A stretch of 64,000 nt of DNA from the NCBI GenBank assembly GCA_951406725.2, contig OX597823.1, forward strand, positions 16,864,001 through 16,928,000. Reading direction: 5' to 3'. The stretch is from Octopus vulgaris (taxonomy: Eukaryota). A model generated the notes under the pieces. It ran no database searches and was not told the origin of the DNA. It worked only from the letters and a program-made list of their open reading frames with translations. A program made the translations under genes and the position numbers. This document shows positions 39,793-54,092 of this stretch, piece by piece (positions within the stretch are counted from its first letter, which is position 1; every line of letters begins with the position of its first letter).

Positions 39793-40014
39793 CCCTTTCT
39801 TTACTGTATTTATTTTGAGATGTTCTGTGTTTCTTTCAATTAATTTTAAATATAACAAAGAATTTAGTAAAATAACTTAGTTATCATTCAGCTTGTATTA
39901 GGAACATAAATTGTGACTAAGGTTTGGTGGAAGATTTTAATTGAAACCTTAAGAAAACAAGACATTTGTACAACAGAGCCAGAGCCGGTTTCAGCCGGGT
40001 TGGTAACAAAAGGG
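39793..40014. mobile_element. TTAA MITE, 222 bp
   Basis: TTAA|cccttt ... aaaggg|TTAA (39789-39792, 40015-40018); partial inverted copy at ~37130-37332. Confidence 0.85.
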
Positions 40015-40088
40015 TTAATGTATCACAACTACACTATCATCTTTTTGATTGTTTTTTTAAAAAAATTATTTTCTTCTTTCTTGTTTAG

Positions 40089-40321
40089 ATTCTATGTGGA
40101 GAGTAGAATTAACCTCACGATCCAGACTAATAAGAGATAGAGTAGTACTAACTGTACTTCTTGTAGTGCATGGCAGTGGAATACATTCTTTACATCAGCT
40201 AAGATTAAAAAAGTTAGCTTATATCCCGACATTTGCTGAATTTGCCCTTATTGGAAATTTAAGAATGAATGAGGTTCTTGTATACTTCAATTACCCTCAT
40301 GAGGCTTTTGACATATTCCAA
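40089..40321 (+). CDS. Coding exon 6 (module 3, long exon)
   Basis: ttcttctttcttgtttag| ... CAA|gtaaga; phase 1 to 0; DSMWRVELTS...HEAFDIFQ. Confidence 0.85.
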
Positions 40322-40683
40322 GTAAGAATTCTGTATTTTTTATCTTCTCTGTTCGATTTTTTTGTCATTGTTGAAGTCCTGGTTGGGCTTGCTTGATTGG
40401 CTAAAGAAAGAAAGACATTCCAGTCATGACCATCATGTTAGTTTCTCAGATGCATGCAACCAAAGGCTTTATTCAGTGTGTCCTTCTTCTCTAAGACAGT
40501 AGGATGTGATTTAAAAGAGATTTGGCATTTGTAGCAAGTGAACCAGTCAGAGGTTTCTCACATTAAATGGAGTTATCTCTGTATGTCACTGTGTATGAAC
40601 TTGCACACATATGTGTGTGTATGCAAACGTACATTTGTATTTCTCTGTTCATATATGTACATACATATATATATAGATATATA

Positions 40684-41152
<469 letters not shown>

Positions 41153-41589
41153 CGTATGTATGTATATATGTGTATATATACTCTGTCTCTCTCTCCCTCT
41201 TTCGATTACCATTCGCCTCGCCAAGACTTCCACCACTACCAACACCACCACATATAAACCAGTGCACGCAGAAGATGCTCTCCTCTAAACTTCCTAGTTC
41301 AAGTTAACCGCAACATATTCATCGATTCATTCATCTATTAAAATTTTATCACACAGTCACTTATTACTCTAATTTTGTCTTAAATTGTCTGACCGAAAAC
41401 TCAGATTTTTCAAGTCTATTTTACTATTATCAACATTTGCTCTCTCATTAAACTATGCTAAGCAGATCCCAAAAGAATATTTCCTCCTTCATATTCTTGA
41501 CTACTTCTCCCCTCTCTCTCTCTATTTCACTCTGTCTCTCTCTCTCTCTATTTCACTCTGTTTGTCTGTCTCTCTCTATTTCACTCTGT

Positions 41590-42135
41590 CTCTCTCGCCC
41601 TCTTTCAATTACCACTCGCCTCGCCAAGACTTCCACCACCAAACCAGTGCATGCAGAAGATGCTCTCCTCTAAACTTGTTAGTTCGACAAGGACCATCTC
41701 TTTGTGGCTGGTGACTTCAATGGACATGTTGGACAACATGCTGGGGACTTCCATGGCATACATGGAGGCTACGGTTATGGTTCCTGCAACTAGGAGGGAA
41801 CCAGGCTGCTGGAGTTCTGTGATGCAAATGATCTTATGGTTTGCAATACTAACTTCAGAAAACCTGCCAGTCACCTAGTCACTTACTGTTCTGGCAGACA
41901 CACTAGCCAAATTGACTACATCCTCACCAGAAAAGGGGAAAGGTGGCTGCTTATAAATACCAAAACCTTCCCAGGTGAAGAATGTACCCCACAACATAGA
42001 CTGGTAGTTAGTGACTTCAGGATCAGGGCTAAATGGATGCCCAGAAGACGACCAGCATGGAGGAGAAGGGTCTGGAAGCTTAAAGATCCTGTGAATGGAC
42101 AGAGATTTAGAGACATATTACTTGAAACCTTTTAA
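41590..42135 (+). mobile_element. RTE APE-endonuclease remnant
   Basis: LFVAGDFNGHVG, LMVCNTNFRK..HLVTY.SG...SQIDYIL, QHRLVVSD. Confidence 0.9.
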
Positions 42136-42856
42136 TCCAACTTATTAAAATAATGACCACTTACTAGCCAAGTATGATTCTATATATTAATGCAGATGCA
42201 TATATGTATATGTTTGTATAAGTGTAAAAGAACCTCTGTATTTTCTGTAACTATGTAGTATACAGATGGTTACCGTGACCATTTAGTATTGGCCTAGTTT
42301 TCCTGATACAAAATCTGATTGCTAAATAGTAGTAAACAACCACTAAGACAAAACTAGTCTATAATCCCCCTACCACTTTAACTTCACCAGGAATAACTTT
42401 TATTTACCCCTTTCCTATATCTATAAATAGAAAACTCTTCTGTCTCCATTCAACTGAATATCCCTTGCCACTCACTAGCAGATCAAAATAACTAGAAGAA
42501 AATCTGCAGTCAGAAGATAAATTCTAATACCTTAATGTTCTTAACATTTAAGTCAACATCTCTGTCTGTATATCTACCCTCTTTATAATGTTATCAATTA
42601 ACATGGAAATAAGTATATGTATTGATGAAAAACCTCTATGAATGGCTGATGATTGCTCAACATTTTAAAACTGATGTAATACTTACAATGTTTAATAAAA
42701 TGATGTAGCGTGAAACAATCGTACCAAATTACTGAAGATATTCTTGTTACTTACTTTGATTATAATCACCCCATGGATTTTATATGGATAACACCGTACA
42801 AAATTCTGGTGCATCTGACTTAAGTACCATATTCATTTGAATCTAAATTTTGCTGA

Positions 42857-42934
<78 letters not shown>

Positions 42935-42979
42935 CAGCAATGTATATATATATATATATATAAATATACACACATATAT

Positions 42980-43395
42980 ATACTCTGAACAAGAGGCCCT
43001 TTGTCACCAGCAGAGGTAGGGGCTGTCTGAACTTTGCCCAGGATATTTTTACTCTAGCAGCTACACTTTCAGAGCACCCCCCCCCCCCAACTACTGACAT
43101 GGTCACCTAGGTAATGGAAGCTATCAACTACATCTAGTTTTTCTCTCTGGAATGTGTTGGAGGCTGTATTCTGCACATTTTCAGTGTTCATTGGCCCTGA
43201 GCATTTACCACACACAAAATCTATCTTCCCAGTTAGCCTTCTTTTGATATTGCTGCACCTCTTATGTGTTCATAACTTACATTGGGTACATCTTAGGGAG
43301 TTTCTACCTACGCCTTTTCTACAGATTGAGCAGAGCCATCTACCTGAAGGGTTTTGTGGTTTGCCTGCCTTCCTACTTATTAAGACTTTGGTTTT
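42980..43395 (-). mobile_element. RTE RT fragment
   Basis: CSESVAARVKISWAKFRQPLPLLVTKGL. Confidence 0.75.
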
Positions 43396-43659
43396 ATATA
43401 TACATATATGCATACACATATATTTGCATATATATATATATATATATATATATCATCATCATCATCATCATCATTTAGCATCCGTTTTCCATGCTAGCAT
43501 GGGTTGGACGGTTTAACTGGGGTCTGTGAAGCCGGAAGGCTTCATCAGGCCCAGTATATATATTATATATATATATATATAATAATAAATATTAGGGAAT
43601 AAATCCAAATTTACAGGGAAAAAATCAGATTTAGGATTAAATCCAATTTTATAGTAAAA

Positions 43660-43860
43660 TATTATATAATATTATTAGAGACAAAACCACTATTTTGCAA
43701 AACAAACAAGGAAAGACTTAATCAATACATAAAATTTTAATAAAAAGTCAAGACAAGAAACAATTGTAGTGGCGGTTTTTTTGACTTTTTATTAAAATTT
43801 TATGTATTGATTAAGTCTTTCCTTGTTTGTTTTGCAAAATAGTCTCTAATAATATTATAT
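43660..43860. repeat. Near-perfect hairpin (~60 bp stem plus outer stem)
   Basis: ctattttgcaaaacaaacaagg...aataaaaagtcaa / ttgactttttatt...ttttgcaaaatag, loop ~29 nt. Confidence 0.93.
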
Positions 43861-43934
43861 ATATATATATATATATATAATGTATATATCTATATCAATC
43901 TATACTCACACACATACACATATATAGATGTGTA

Positions 43935-44850
43935 TCATCATTGTTTAACGTCTGCTTTCCATGCTGGCATGGGTTGGACAGTTTGATTGAAGACTGGAGA
44001 GCCAGTGGCTGCACAAGGCTCCAATCTGATCTGGCAGAGTTTCTACAGCTGGATGCTCTTCCTAACGCCAAGCACTCCAAGAGTGTAGTAGGTGCTTTTA
44101 CGTGCCACCGGCACGAGCGCCACTCAGGCAGTACTGGCAACAGCCACACTCAAATGTTGTTTTTTACATGTCACCTGCACAGGTGCCAGTCCAGCGACAC
44201 TGGCAACAACCTCCCTCGGATGTTTTTTTTCATGTGCCACCAGTACAAGTGCCTGTAAGGCGATGCTGGTAACAATCATGCTCGAATGATGCTTTTTATG
44301 TGTGACTGGCACGGGCACCAGTCAGCGGCCCTGGCAACGATCACGCTCGGATGGTGCTCTTAGTTCTCCACTATCATGGATGCCAGTCATGTGGTGCTGT
44401 CATTGAATTTGATTTCGATTTCACTTCTCTCAACAGGTCTTCACAAGCAGAGTTTAGTGTCTAATGAAGGAAAGGTATGCATAAGTGGGCTGGTTACACC
44501 CCTGGCATAGGCCATGGGTTATGGTCTCACTTGGCTTGCCGAGTCTTCTCAAGCACAGCATATTTCCAAAGGTCTCGGTCACTAGTCATTGCCTCGGTGA
44601 AGCCTAACATTTGAAGGTCATGCTTCACCACCTCACCACAGATCTTCCTGGGTTTACCTCTTCCACAGGTTCCTTCAACTGCTAGGGTGTGACACTTTTA
44701 CACACAGCTATCCTCATCCATTCTTACCACATGACCATACCAGCACAGTTGTCTCTCTTGCACACCACATCTGATGTTTCTTAGGTCCAACTTTTCTCTC
44801 AAGGTACTTACAATCTGTCGAGTATGCACACTGACATTACACATCCAGTG
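43935..44850 (-). mobile_element. RTE 3' part
   Basis: Reverse complement of the 32545-33535 family. Confidence 0.88.
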
Positions 44851-44978
44851 GAGCTGTTGAGGACATATGTATGTATGTATGTATATATATATTTATACAT
44901 ATATATATTATAAGGGTATATATACCATTTAATATACACAGCTTTTAAATTCAAGTAACTATATATATATATATATAT

Positions 44979-45815
44979 CATCATCATCATCATCATCGTT
45001 TAACGTCCGCTTTCCATGCTAGCATGGGTTGGACGGTTCAACTGGGGTCTGGGAAGCCCGAAGGCTGCACCAGGCCAGTCAGATGTGGCAGTGTTTCTAC
45101 AGCTGGATGCCCTTCCTAACGCCAACCACTCCGAGAGTGTAGTGGGTGATTTTATGTGCCACCGACACAGGTGCCAGACGAGGCTGGCAGACGGCCACGC
45201 TCGGATGGTGTTTTTTATGTGCCACCGACACAGGTGCCAGACGAGGCTGGCAGACGGCCACGCTCGGATGGTGTTTTTTATGTGCCACCGACACAGGTGC
45301 CAGACGAGGCTGGCAGACGGCCACGCTCGGATGGTGTTTTCTTATGTGTCACCGACACAGGTGCCAGACGAGGCTGGCGGACGGCCACGCTCGGATGGTG
45401 TTTGTTACGTGCCCTCAGCACGGAGGCCAGTCATTGCGGTACTGGCTACGGTCACGTTCGGATGGTTTTCTTATGTGCCACCGGCTCTGGTACCACAAGG
45501 ATACAAATTCCATTGATGTTCATCTATTTTGATTTGGTTCGATTTGATTTGATACGATTCGATTCTCACTTGCCTCAACAGGTCTTCACAAGTGTCACAA
45601 GAAGGAAGGTATGCACAGGTGGACTGACTACGTCCCAGGTAGGGGCCACGGATTATGGCTTCACTAGTCTTGCCGGGTCTTCTCACGCACAGCATACTTC
45701 CATAGGTCTCGGTCTCTAGTCATTTCCATGGTGAGACCTAACGTCCGAAGGTCGTGCTTCACCACCTCGTCCCAGGTTTTCCTGGGTCTACCTCTTCCAC
45801 GGGTTCCCTCAACTG
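44979..45815 (-). mobile_element. RTE 3' part with 63 bp x4 minisatellite (45151-45410)
   Basis: VEGTRGRGRPRKTWDEVVKHDLRTLGL; tandem units. Confidence 0.9.
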
Positions 45816-45851
<36 letters not shown>

Positions 45852-46516
45852 AGAGTTTATGAAAAAAACAAAAGACGAAGACAGGTGGTGTACAAAACAA
45901 ACAGATGTATTAGTGTAATGCTCAGGAATAGAAAGAGTCTTTTACATTTTGAGCCTATGCTCTTCTACAGAAAGGGACATAGAAAAAACAAGGAGAGAAG
46001 AAAATGTGTGTAGTGGCTAACGAACTATCATGGCAACTATCACATATATATATATATATATATACATACACACACATATATATACACATACATGTATAAT
46101 GTATATATCTATCTATACATACTCACACATATATGTATATGTATGCATGTATGTATATGTACATAAGCTTATATATACCATTTAATATACACAACTTTTA
46201 AATTCAAGTAACTATTAGTTTCATGCTGTGAAAACATGATTGTCAGACAAGCGTGTATACTGTGCCATGTATTTTCAAGCAATCTTTCAGACTCAAACAT
46301 ACAATATGGCTGCACTTTTTAGAAGTGATGAGAAAGGAGGCTGGTATTTGATAAAACATGAAAGACGATGAGAGGAAGTGAAAAAGAAAAAGTGGAATGG
46401 GAAAAAACCAGAAGAAAATTAAGAGTTGTGTCTGTTCAGTGTCTTCAAACGAGAATATATTTGGATGGTGTAAATTAATTGAACAAGGATGCTTAATATG
46501 GTGAGGGTGGTGTTTT

Positions 46517-47270
46517 CATCATCATCATCATCATCATCGTTTAACGTCCATTTTCCGCGCTGGCAGTGTTTCTACAGCTGGATGCCCTTCCTAACGCCAA
46601 CCACTCCGTGAGTGTAGTGGGTGCTTTTTACGTGCCACCTGCACAGGTGCCAGAGGGGTCTGGCATCGGCCACGATCAGTCGGTGCTTTTTATGTGCCAC
46701 CGGCACAGAAGCCAGTCGGGGCGGTGCTGGCATCGGCCACGTTCGGATGTTGCTTTTTATGTGCCACCGGCACAGAACCCATTCGAGGCGGGGTTGGCAT
46801 CGGTCACGTTCGGATGTTGCTTTTTATGTGCCACCGGCACAGAAGCCAGTGGAGGCTGCACTGGCAACGGCCACATTCGGATGGTGCTTTTTATGTGTCA
46901 CCGGCACAGGTATCACAACTACTGTTTCCATTGATATTTGGTTCGATATTCATGTGCCACCGGCACAGAAGCCATTCGAGGCGGGGTTGGCATCGGTCAC
47001 GTTCGGATGGTGCTTTTTATGTGCCACTGGCACAGAAGCCAGTGGGGGCTGCACTGGCGACGGCCACGATCAGATGGTGCTTTCTATGTGTCACCGGCAC
47101 AGGTATCACAACTACTGTTTCCATTGATATTTGGTTCGATGTTCATGTATATGCACTTGACTCGACAGGTCTCCTCAAGCACAGCGAGATGTTCCGGGAT
47201 CCAAGGTACTTTGGATGGGCAGGGGGTATGCGGAACTGGTGCCGGGAGCATCCCGGGTCTTAGTAGTCAC
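46517..47270 (-). mobile_element. RTE 3' UTR with diverged minisatellite and ~180 bp higher-order duplication
   Basis: Core repeats; 46759-46950 duplicated at 46952-47140. Confidence 0.85.
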
Positions 47271-48089
47271 AGTTGAATAAAAGTAATTTGCTCAGATGTT
47301 TATATTTAGTGAAAATGCCACATCCTGAACTTAGTAGGTGAGTAGAGATGCAGGCTTTGTTTAGCTGAAAGCTCTCATATCCCTTTTAGATATAAGTACT
47401 GTACTTGCTTGTTTTTGTCGAAAAATGACCAGCCCTGTTGTATATTAAGGACCAAAAGGTTGCTTGAAAGCCCATGGTTTTCTATATGAGCCTGATCAAT
47501 AATTGTGTTTTCACTGCATAAAACTAATATTAACTTCAATTTATGTCATGTCTATAGTAAATGATATATATCTCTCACTGGATGGAGTACATTTTTGTTG
47601 CTAAATGTAAAATTGAATAAATTATAATCATGGAGAACTATATTAAGCACATTTGGGTGCACTTGGATGTGGGAAGACCTTTCACTATGGAAATAATCCA
47701 GTGAATAAATCCTCCTCAGAGAAAAATGTGTGAAAACCCATTGGGCTATGAATGACTTTATCAGGGGGTAGGATGCATGCATTTCTGTGTCCTTGCTTGT
47801 CATCAGTTACTAATATTCGTCTTTCACAGCCCTGTTCGGATAACAATAAATATTACATTTACTGATGCACATTAAGCTTAGCCAAGCTAGAATAAATAAC
47901 TTGAGTCACATCAAACAGTGTTGAAAAATATATAATTGCATGTGACCATATTTAACAAATAATTATTTTACAGTTTAAATTTTAATCATTATCTTGTACA
48001 AGTTTAATTAAACATGGAACAGAATTACATTATCTCACAGAAAAAAAATGATTGGTGCAATAAAAGCGACAGAATTTTTTGGTGAAATA

Positions 48090-48497
48090 TCTTTATATAT
48101 AAAAGTGAGGTTGTGTGGTGTCTGTCTCCTACGATTTAGATTCCTAACTACTCCCACATTTTGCGGTGCAGTGTAACCAAAAGCGGGTATCTTATAGTAG
48201 TCATTCATATCGAGCCCTTCTGGGTATTAGCACGCGTCTACGATGAGTCTACGATTTAAAAAAAAAATTACCATCTTTTTTTTTCCATTTTTAATGCATT
48301 TTTTTGCTATTATATAAGGGAAGTAACTCTCTAAAAATGTATTATTAAATCTCAGAACGTAAAAAGCTACAGTAACACCCCGCCTTTGTGGTTAGCCATA
48401 TTGAGATGGCTATTATACTTTACATCTCTAAAAATGCTTATATAGTTATATATAGTTATATAGTTATCTCCCAAGCAACGCCGGGCGATTCTGCTAG
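48090..48497 (+). mobile_element. Non-autonomous Helitron
   Basis: a|TCTTTATATATAAAAG ... gcaacgccgggcgattctgCTAG|t. Confidence 0.92.
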
Positions 48498-48620
48498 TTG
48501 ATGATAAAAATGAAGCTCAAAATGACAAGGATTGCCCTTATATCAGTGTAGGTGTTTGCATTAATTTAAATATACAATGAAAGTAATCAACTTAAAGTGT
48601 ATTGTTTCATAATTTTTCAG

Positions 48621-48714
48621 ATTGTCATAACAAATGCACTTACTGGAAAAGTATATGGTTGTGGTAACATATTCAAGCCAGCCGCTTCTAAATATTCATG
48701 CAAACTACTGGGAC
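48621..48714 (+). CDS. Coding exon 7 (module 3, short exon)
   Basis: aatttttcag| ... C|gtaaga; phase 0 to 1; IVITNALTGKVYGCGNIFKPAASKYSCKLLG. Confidence 0.83.
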
Positions 48715-48744
48715 GTAAGATTTTTTTGAACAACTAAACCAATC

Positions 48745-48782
<38 letters not shown>

Positions 48783-49273
48783 CTTTTTTGCTAACATGTA
48801 AGTGAAACATGACAAAAGTCAAACATGGATAAAAAACAGCTTTTTTATAAAATTATATATTCTCAAGACACAAGGCTAGTCACTGTTGATCGTTGTATTG
48901 GTATATGCTCAACTGATGAGTCAGGTGTTTGGACTGACCGTGATATTGTAAACGAAGTATGTTTTGCTTATTAAAATATTCTTTTTCTAATGCATAAAAT
49001 TATGTTGCAAAGTCTAGAATGAGATATGCATTGTTGAAGTTTTAACTTATTCCAAGAACACATACTTAAATTTTATGTACCTTCCATGAAAAGTTGATGT
49101 ATTTGCACTTTCAAAGGGGCTCTGTCCCATGTTATAAACCCCTTTAGTAGGGTCAAATAATATTGTAAGATGGTGAAATTTTGGAAATTGCCTTTATTTA
49201 CTACCTAGAAGTTATGTTGTTATTTTCACTGAAATCGGAAGTATTTGAAATTTCACAGGGGGTGTTTGCCCCA

Positions 49274-49450
49274 AAGCACCCACTACACTCACGGAGTGGT
49301 TGGCGTTAGGAAGGGCATCCAGCTGTAGAAACTTTGCCAGATAAGACTGGAGCCTGGTGCAGCCTTCTGGCTTCCCAGATCCCCGGTCGAACCGTCCAAC
49401 CCATGCTAGCATGGAGAACGGATGTTAAACGATGATGATGATGATGATGA
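49274..49450 (+). mobile_element. RTE 3' end
   Basis: Ends gttaaacgatgatgat; near-identical inverted copy at 51347-51530. Confidence 0.88.
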
Positions 49451-49491
49451 TATATGTATATATATATAATATCTATCTATCTATCTATCTA

Positions 49492-49524
<33 letters not shown>

Positions 49525-49526
<2 letters not shown>

Positions 49527-49902
49527 GTGTGTAGTAAGTAGCTTGCTTATGAACCACATGGTTCTGGGTTCAGTCCCACTGCGTAGCACCTTGGGCAAGT
49601 ATCTTCTACTATAGCCTCGGACCGACCAGCGCCTTGTGAGAGGATTTGGTGGATGGAAACTGAAAGAAGCCTGTCACATATATGTATATATATATGTATC
49701 TGTGTATATGTTTGTGTGTCTGTGTTTGACTCCCCAACATCGCTTGACAACCGATGATGGTGTGTTTACGTCTCTGTAACTTAGAGGTTCAGCAAAAGAG
49801 ACCAATAGAATAAGTACTAAGCTTACAAAGAATGAGTCCTAGGATCAATTTGCTTGACTAAAGGCAGTGCTCCAGCATGACCACAGTCAAATGACTGAAG
49901 AG
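49525..49902 (+). mobile_element. tRNA-derived SINE, family 2
   Basis: Matches 9918-10310. Confidence 0.88.
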
Positions 49903-49937
<35 letters not shown>

Positions 49938-49978
49938 TCTCACATACTGAGTAATTAATTTTTTTTTTTTTATTTCAG

Positions 49979-50205
49979 GTAAAATTTGGCAGCTGATAAT
50001 TTTGTCTTCTGAAGAACTTGAGCAAGCTTTCTTTGTAGAAATAATTCAAGGAACATTATCTTCCTTCTCTAAAGGTTTAGTTTGGCAAAATCTCTGTGAA
50101 CATGGATATGGCTGTGTTGACCATTTCTATTTGGAGACATATGAAGATAATGAAATAACCGGCTTAAAACTGCATTTTTTGGATAAACCTATCAGAATCA
50201 ATGCT
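49979..50205 (+). CDS. Coding exon 8 (module 4, long exon)
   Basis: (t)n-atttcag| ... GCT|gtaata; phase 1 to 0; RKIWQLIILSSEE...DKPIRINA. Confidence 0.8.
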
Positions 50206-51346
50206 GTAATATGATATTTTATTCACCCATTTTAAGATATCTAATGATAATAAGAAAACAAATGGCGTAATTTATGTTAGTGAATTTGAGATTTCAAAAT
50301 GGCTGGGTTCAAAGTACTAGTAGAGCCAACTTGAAAATCTTTTCTGAAAATATTTATGATGATGGATAGCCCTTGACCTGCCCCTCCACCACTAAATAAC
50401 CCATCCTATTACCTTTCAAGTCTGTGCTGTCTTTTTTCACAATCTTGTTAATTTTATCTCTCTTTTCTCCTTTATTCCCCCAAAACTTCCATCTGATGAT
50501 GATGATGATGATGTGGTGGTGGAGATGGTGATGTGGATAATGTGGTGGTGGAGATGGTGATGTGGATAATGATGATGATATTGACGATTAAGGTGTCACT
50601 TGTTTCAAAGTAAACTCTTCCTTCACAAAGTGTCACTTTTCACGTGACTAATCAAAACTTCATCTCCAGTGCTGTTAAAGTCTCACTAGTTTACTCCACC
50701 TTACTATAAATAGGTACCCCTAAGTGCTACATCTTACCACTGCATGCAGTGGGAGCTGTGTATAATTGTTGACTGTTCTATTGCTCTGCACTACTAAATC
50801 CATGTTCTACCATTAGTGTTGCATGGAGAGACATTCTCTTAATTCTTGCACTCATCTACAGTTCTCTGTGTTTTAACTCCTTGTCCAAAGAAGGATTTGG
50901 CAAAAAGGGACTAAGAAATGGTAGGTATGTTCAGAACACAATGACTTTTTATCTAATCGATGGATTTCAATGATACAGGTCATATCCTGTGCCACTGGTT
51001 TGTGTACCTAGTGATGAGGTGCATTTTCAAGCAGTTCACGAACGAGTGTCTACTACAGATTGACATTCAGAGTTAATTAGGATCAAAAATGCTAATCACA
51101 TGTTGATGGATATTGCTGGACAGGAGAATAGTCAGACAGTAGAATCTATATATTGAACTGTGTGATATAAATATTTCTGGTTGTTTGATTGATTGATTGA
51201 CTTGGTGGGAGGTGGGAGACGGAAAGAATTTAATGTTTCTCCCCTACAAAACGTAGAGAGAAATAGAGAGAGCTAGTACGAATGAGATCAACACCTTCAC
51301 AAAGAACTGAGGGAACTCAGAATCAGTACTCAAAACAGCTGAGTTG

Positions 51347-51760
51347 TCATCATCATCATCATCATCATCGTTTACCGTCCGTTCTCCATGCTAGCATGGG
51401 TTGGACGGTTCGACCGGGGATCTGGGAAGCCAGAAGGCTGCACCAGGCTCCAGTCTTATCTGGCAATGTTTCTACAGCTGGATGCCCTTCCTAACGCCAA
51501 CCACTCCGTGAGTGTAGTGGGTGCTTTTTACGTGCCACCTGCACTGGTGCCAGGCGAGGCTGGCATCGGCCACGGTCGGATTGGTGCATTTTACGTGCCA
51601 CCTGCACGGAAACCAGTCAAGGCGGCACTGGTTTCGGCCACGATTCGGATGGTGCTTTTTACGTGCCACCGGCATGGAAGCCAGTCGAGGCGGCGCTGGC
51701 ATCGGCCACGATTCGGATAGTGCTTTTTACGTATCTCCAGTCCAGGGGTCCTGGCATCTG
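51347..51760 (-). mobile_element. RTE 3' end with minisatellite units
   Basis: (CAT)n cgttta tail, about 4 cores. Confidence 0.88.
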
Positions 51761-51789
51761 TAAATAATATTTCAAATCTATCATTTCAG

Positions 51790-51889
51790 ATACGTTTGAA
51801 GAATGATTATGCAGAGTATGAATTCAAAATAAAAGAAGAAAGCAAAGATAAGAATGAGAGGTTGATAGAATTTAACCCACTAAGAAAAG
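51790..51889 (+). CDS. Coding exon 9 (module 4, short exon)
   Basis: ctatcatttcag| ... AAAG|gtatgt; phase 0 to 1; IRLKNDYAEYEFKIKEESKDKNERLIEFNPLRK. Confidence 0.8.
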
Positions 51890-53204
51890 GTATGTGGTAT
51901 ATGGGAACACGTCTTGTTTACATTTTGTGTACTTTAAATGTTAGACATCAACATCAGTAGAAATGAAGGCACACATGTACACATACAGAGACAGACATAC
52001 ACACATATTTTCATCACATATACACAAACATAAAATGGTTGGGTGTATAATGTAGTGAACAGGCAACTCAGAAGAAATCCAGTTAGGAAGTGACTTCCTT
52101 GGTAACGTCCCAGAATGCAGGATAAAATCATTTGGATTTTCCATTGCAGAGTTCAGGTGATGGAATATTTAAGTTCATGGAGTTTATGACTGAGAAACAG
52201 CAACTCAATAATAATGTTTCAGTGTTTCAGATATTTTTGTCAATTTTTATTTTTTTTTATCATTACTTTTTTTATTAATTTTTAGTGAAAAGCCAACCCA
52301 ATGTAACACAGCTGATTCTGAAAATAGGTAATTATTTTTATCTTTTGTAAATTTTTCATCTTGCAACCACATGGTATTACATTCAGTCCAGCTGCACAAC
52401 ACCATAGTCTGAACTGATGAACTCACTATAGCCCTGGACCGACAAACCAATACTCTACAAGTGAATTTGGAGGACAGAAACTTTTTAATTATTCTCAGAG
52501 TATCACTGGAATGGTATCCACCTAATGCCTGGGTCACGTTCTGTCATGGCTGTTTTAGCTATGGATATTAGCTAATGCCTCTCAAACAAGATTTTTATAA
52601 CTGGGAGGAATCTTTTATCAAAACTCAAGTCTAAATTTAATTTGCACCATGAATGTCTGAAAGAGTTTAACCCTAATCTTATAATATTTCTATTCAAATA
52701 ATCTTCTTTGTTCAAATTTACTTTGAAAATAATGAAGAATTTGGCGAAATAATTTGTCATTATAAACTCTGAAAATCATATTTGAAAATTTTCCAAGTGA
52801 AAAGTCCACTCATGTAATGATTCTGTGATAGAATACAAGTGAATGATGGGAGAAGGCCCCTTACAGTTTTCTCCTTCTTTCTTTAGAGAGTTCCTCACTT
52901 CCCTCCAAATGAATGTAAGCAAGGTTTGTGCATTTTCTCATGATATTGTGTCATGGTGCAATGAAGAGGTCTAATAAGACCAAAACATAACTAGAGTTAT
53001 CACCCATACTTACCAATGACCAGACTCACTTCCTATGGCATTTCTCCAATTTTTTTATCCATTTTAATCTTGAAATTGTCTCTCTCAATTTTGACAGCAT
53101 TTGTCATAAAACTAATTAATTTTTCAAAATCACATTAGTAATTTTAAATGATGATAGATTTGTTTTTGATTATTACATTAAATATATTAGCTTTCAGTTA
53201 AATA

Positions 53205-54047
53205 TACGAGGAGGTACCCAAAAGAAACCAGAAACGCTCTCTGTAGGACAAGCCAGTTGTAGTCCAGGCTTCTGCCAATAGAAGCTACTTGATGTGACCC
53301 TCAGGCATCAGTCTGCCAACTGGTGTCATTGAGTGAGGTCGTACTGTTTTGCAGTGATTCTCTCCTATTCATCGATTTCTACTGGGGAAAATGGCAGCCG
53401 AAACAGTTGTCATGCTTCAAACAGCTTACAAAGAGGCTGCCATTAGCAAAACATAAGTTTACAAGTGGTTTAGGAATGGTCACTCGTCACTTGAAGAGCA
53501 ACCTTGTTCAGGGTGACTGTCAACCTCTTGAATGAATGAAAACATCCTGAAAATTCATGAACTGATCTTGGAGGACAGGTACCAAAACATTGACAAACTT
53601 TTTGATATAACTGGTTTGTTCTGGAGCTGCTGTCAACAAACTTTGAGTGAGGAATTAGGAATGAAAAGAGTTACAGTAAAATTTGTGGCTCACTTGCTCA
53701 GAGAAGATGAAAAGAAGTCACAACTGAATGAATGTCATCAACTGAAAGAAGAGTTGCAAGTTGACGTGGACTTTTTTTTTAAAGTTCATCACTGGTGATG
53801 AAATCTAGTGCTACAGAATTTGCAGATGCTGAGGAGGTGAAGAAAAAAACGATGGAGATATTAAAAGGCATCACTTTAGAAGAGTTCCAGGACTGTTTCC
53901 AACAGTGGGAAACGTGCCTGGACTGATGCATTGATTGAAATGGAGAATACTTTGAAGGTCATAAAAATGTAAACATGTAAAACTAAATGAATAAAATAAT
54001 ACTGCAAAATTCCAGTTTCTTTTGGCTACCCCCTCTACCTCCTCGTA
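53205..54047 (+). mobile_element. Mariner-family transposon remnant with both TIRs
   Basis: tacgaggaggtacccaaaagaaac ... gtttcttttggctacc...cctcctcgta; VYKWFR, LGMKRVTVKFVAHLL, ITGDE. Confidence 0.88.
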
Positions 54048-54092
54048 CATAAAATAATGTTTCACTGAATGTCTTATTCTTTTCTTCTTTAG

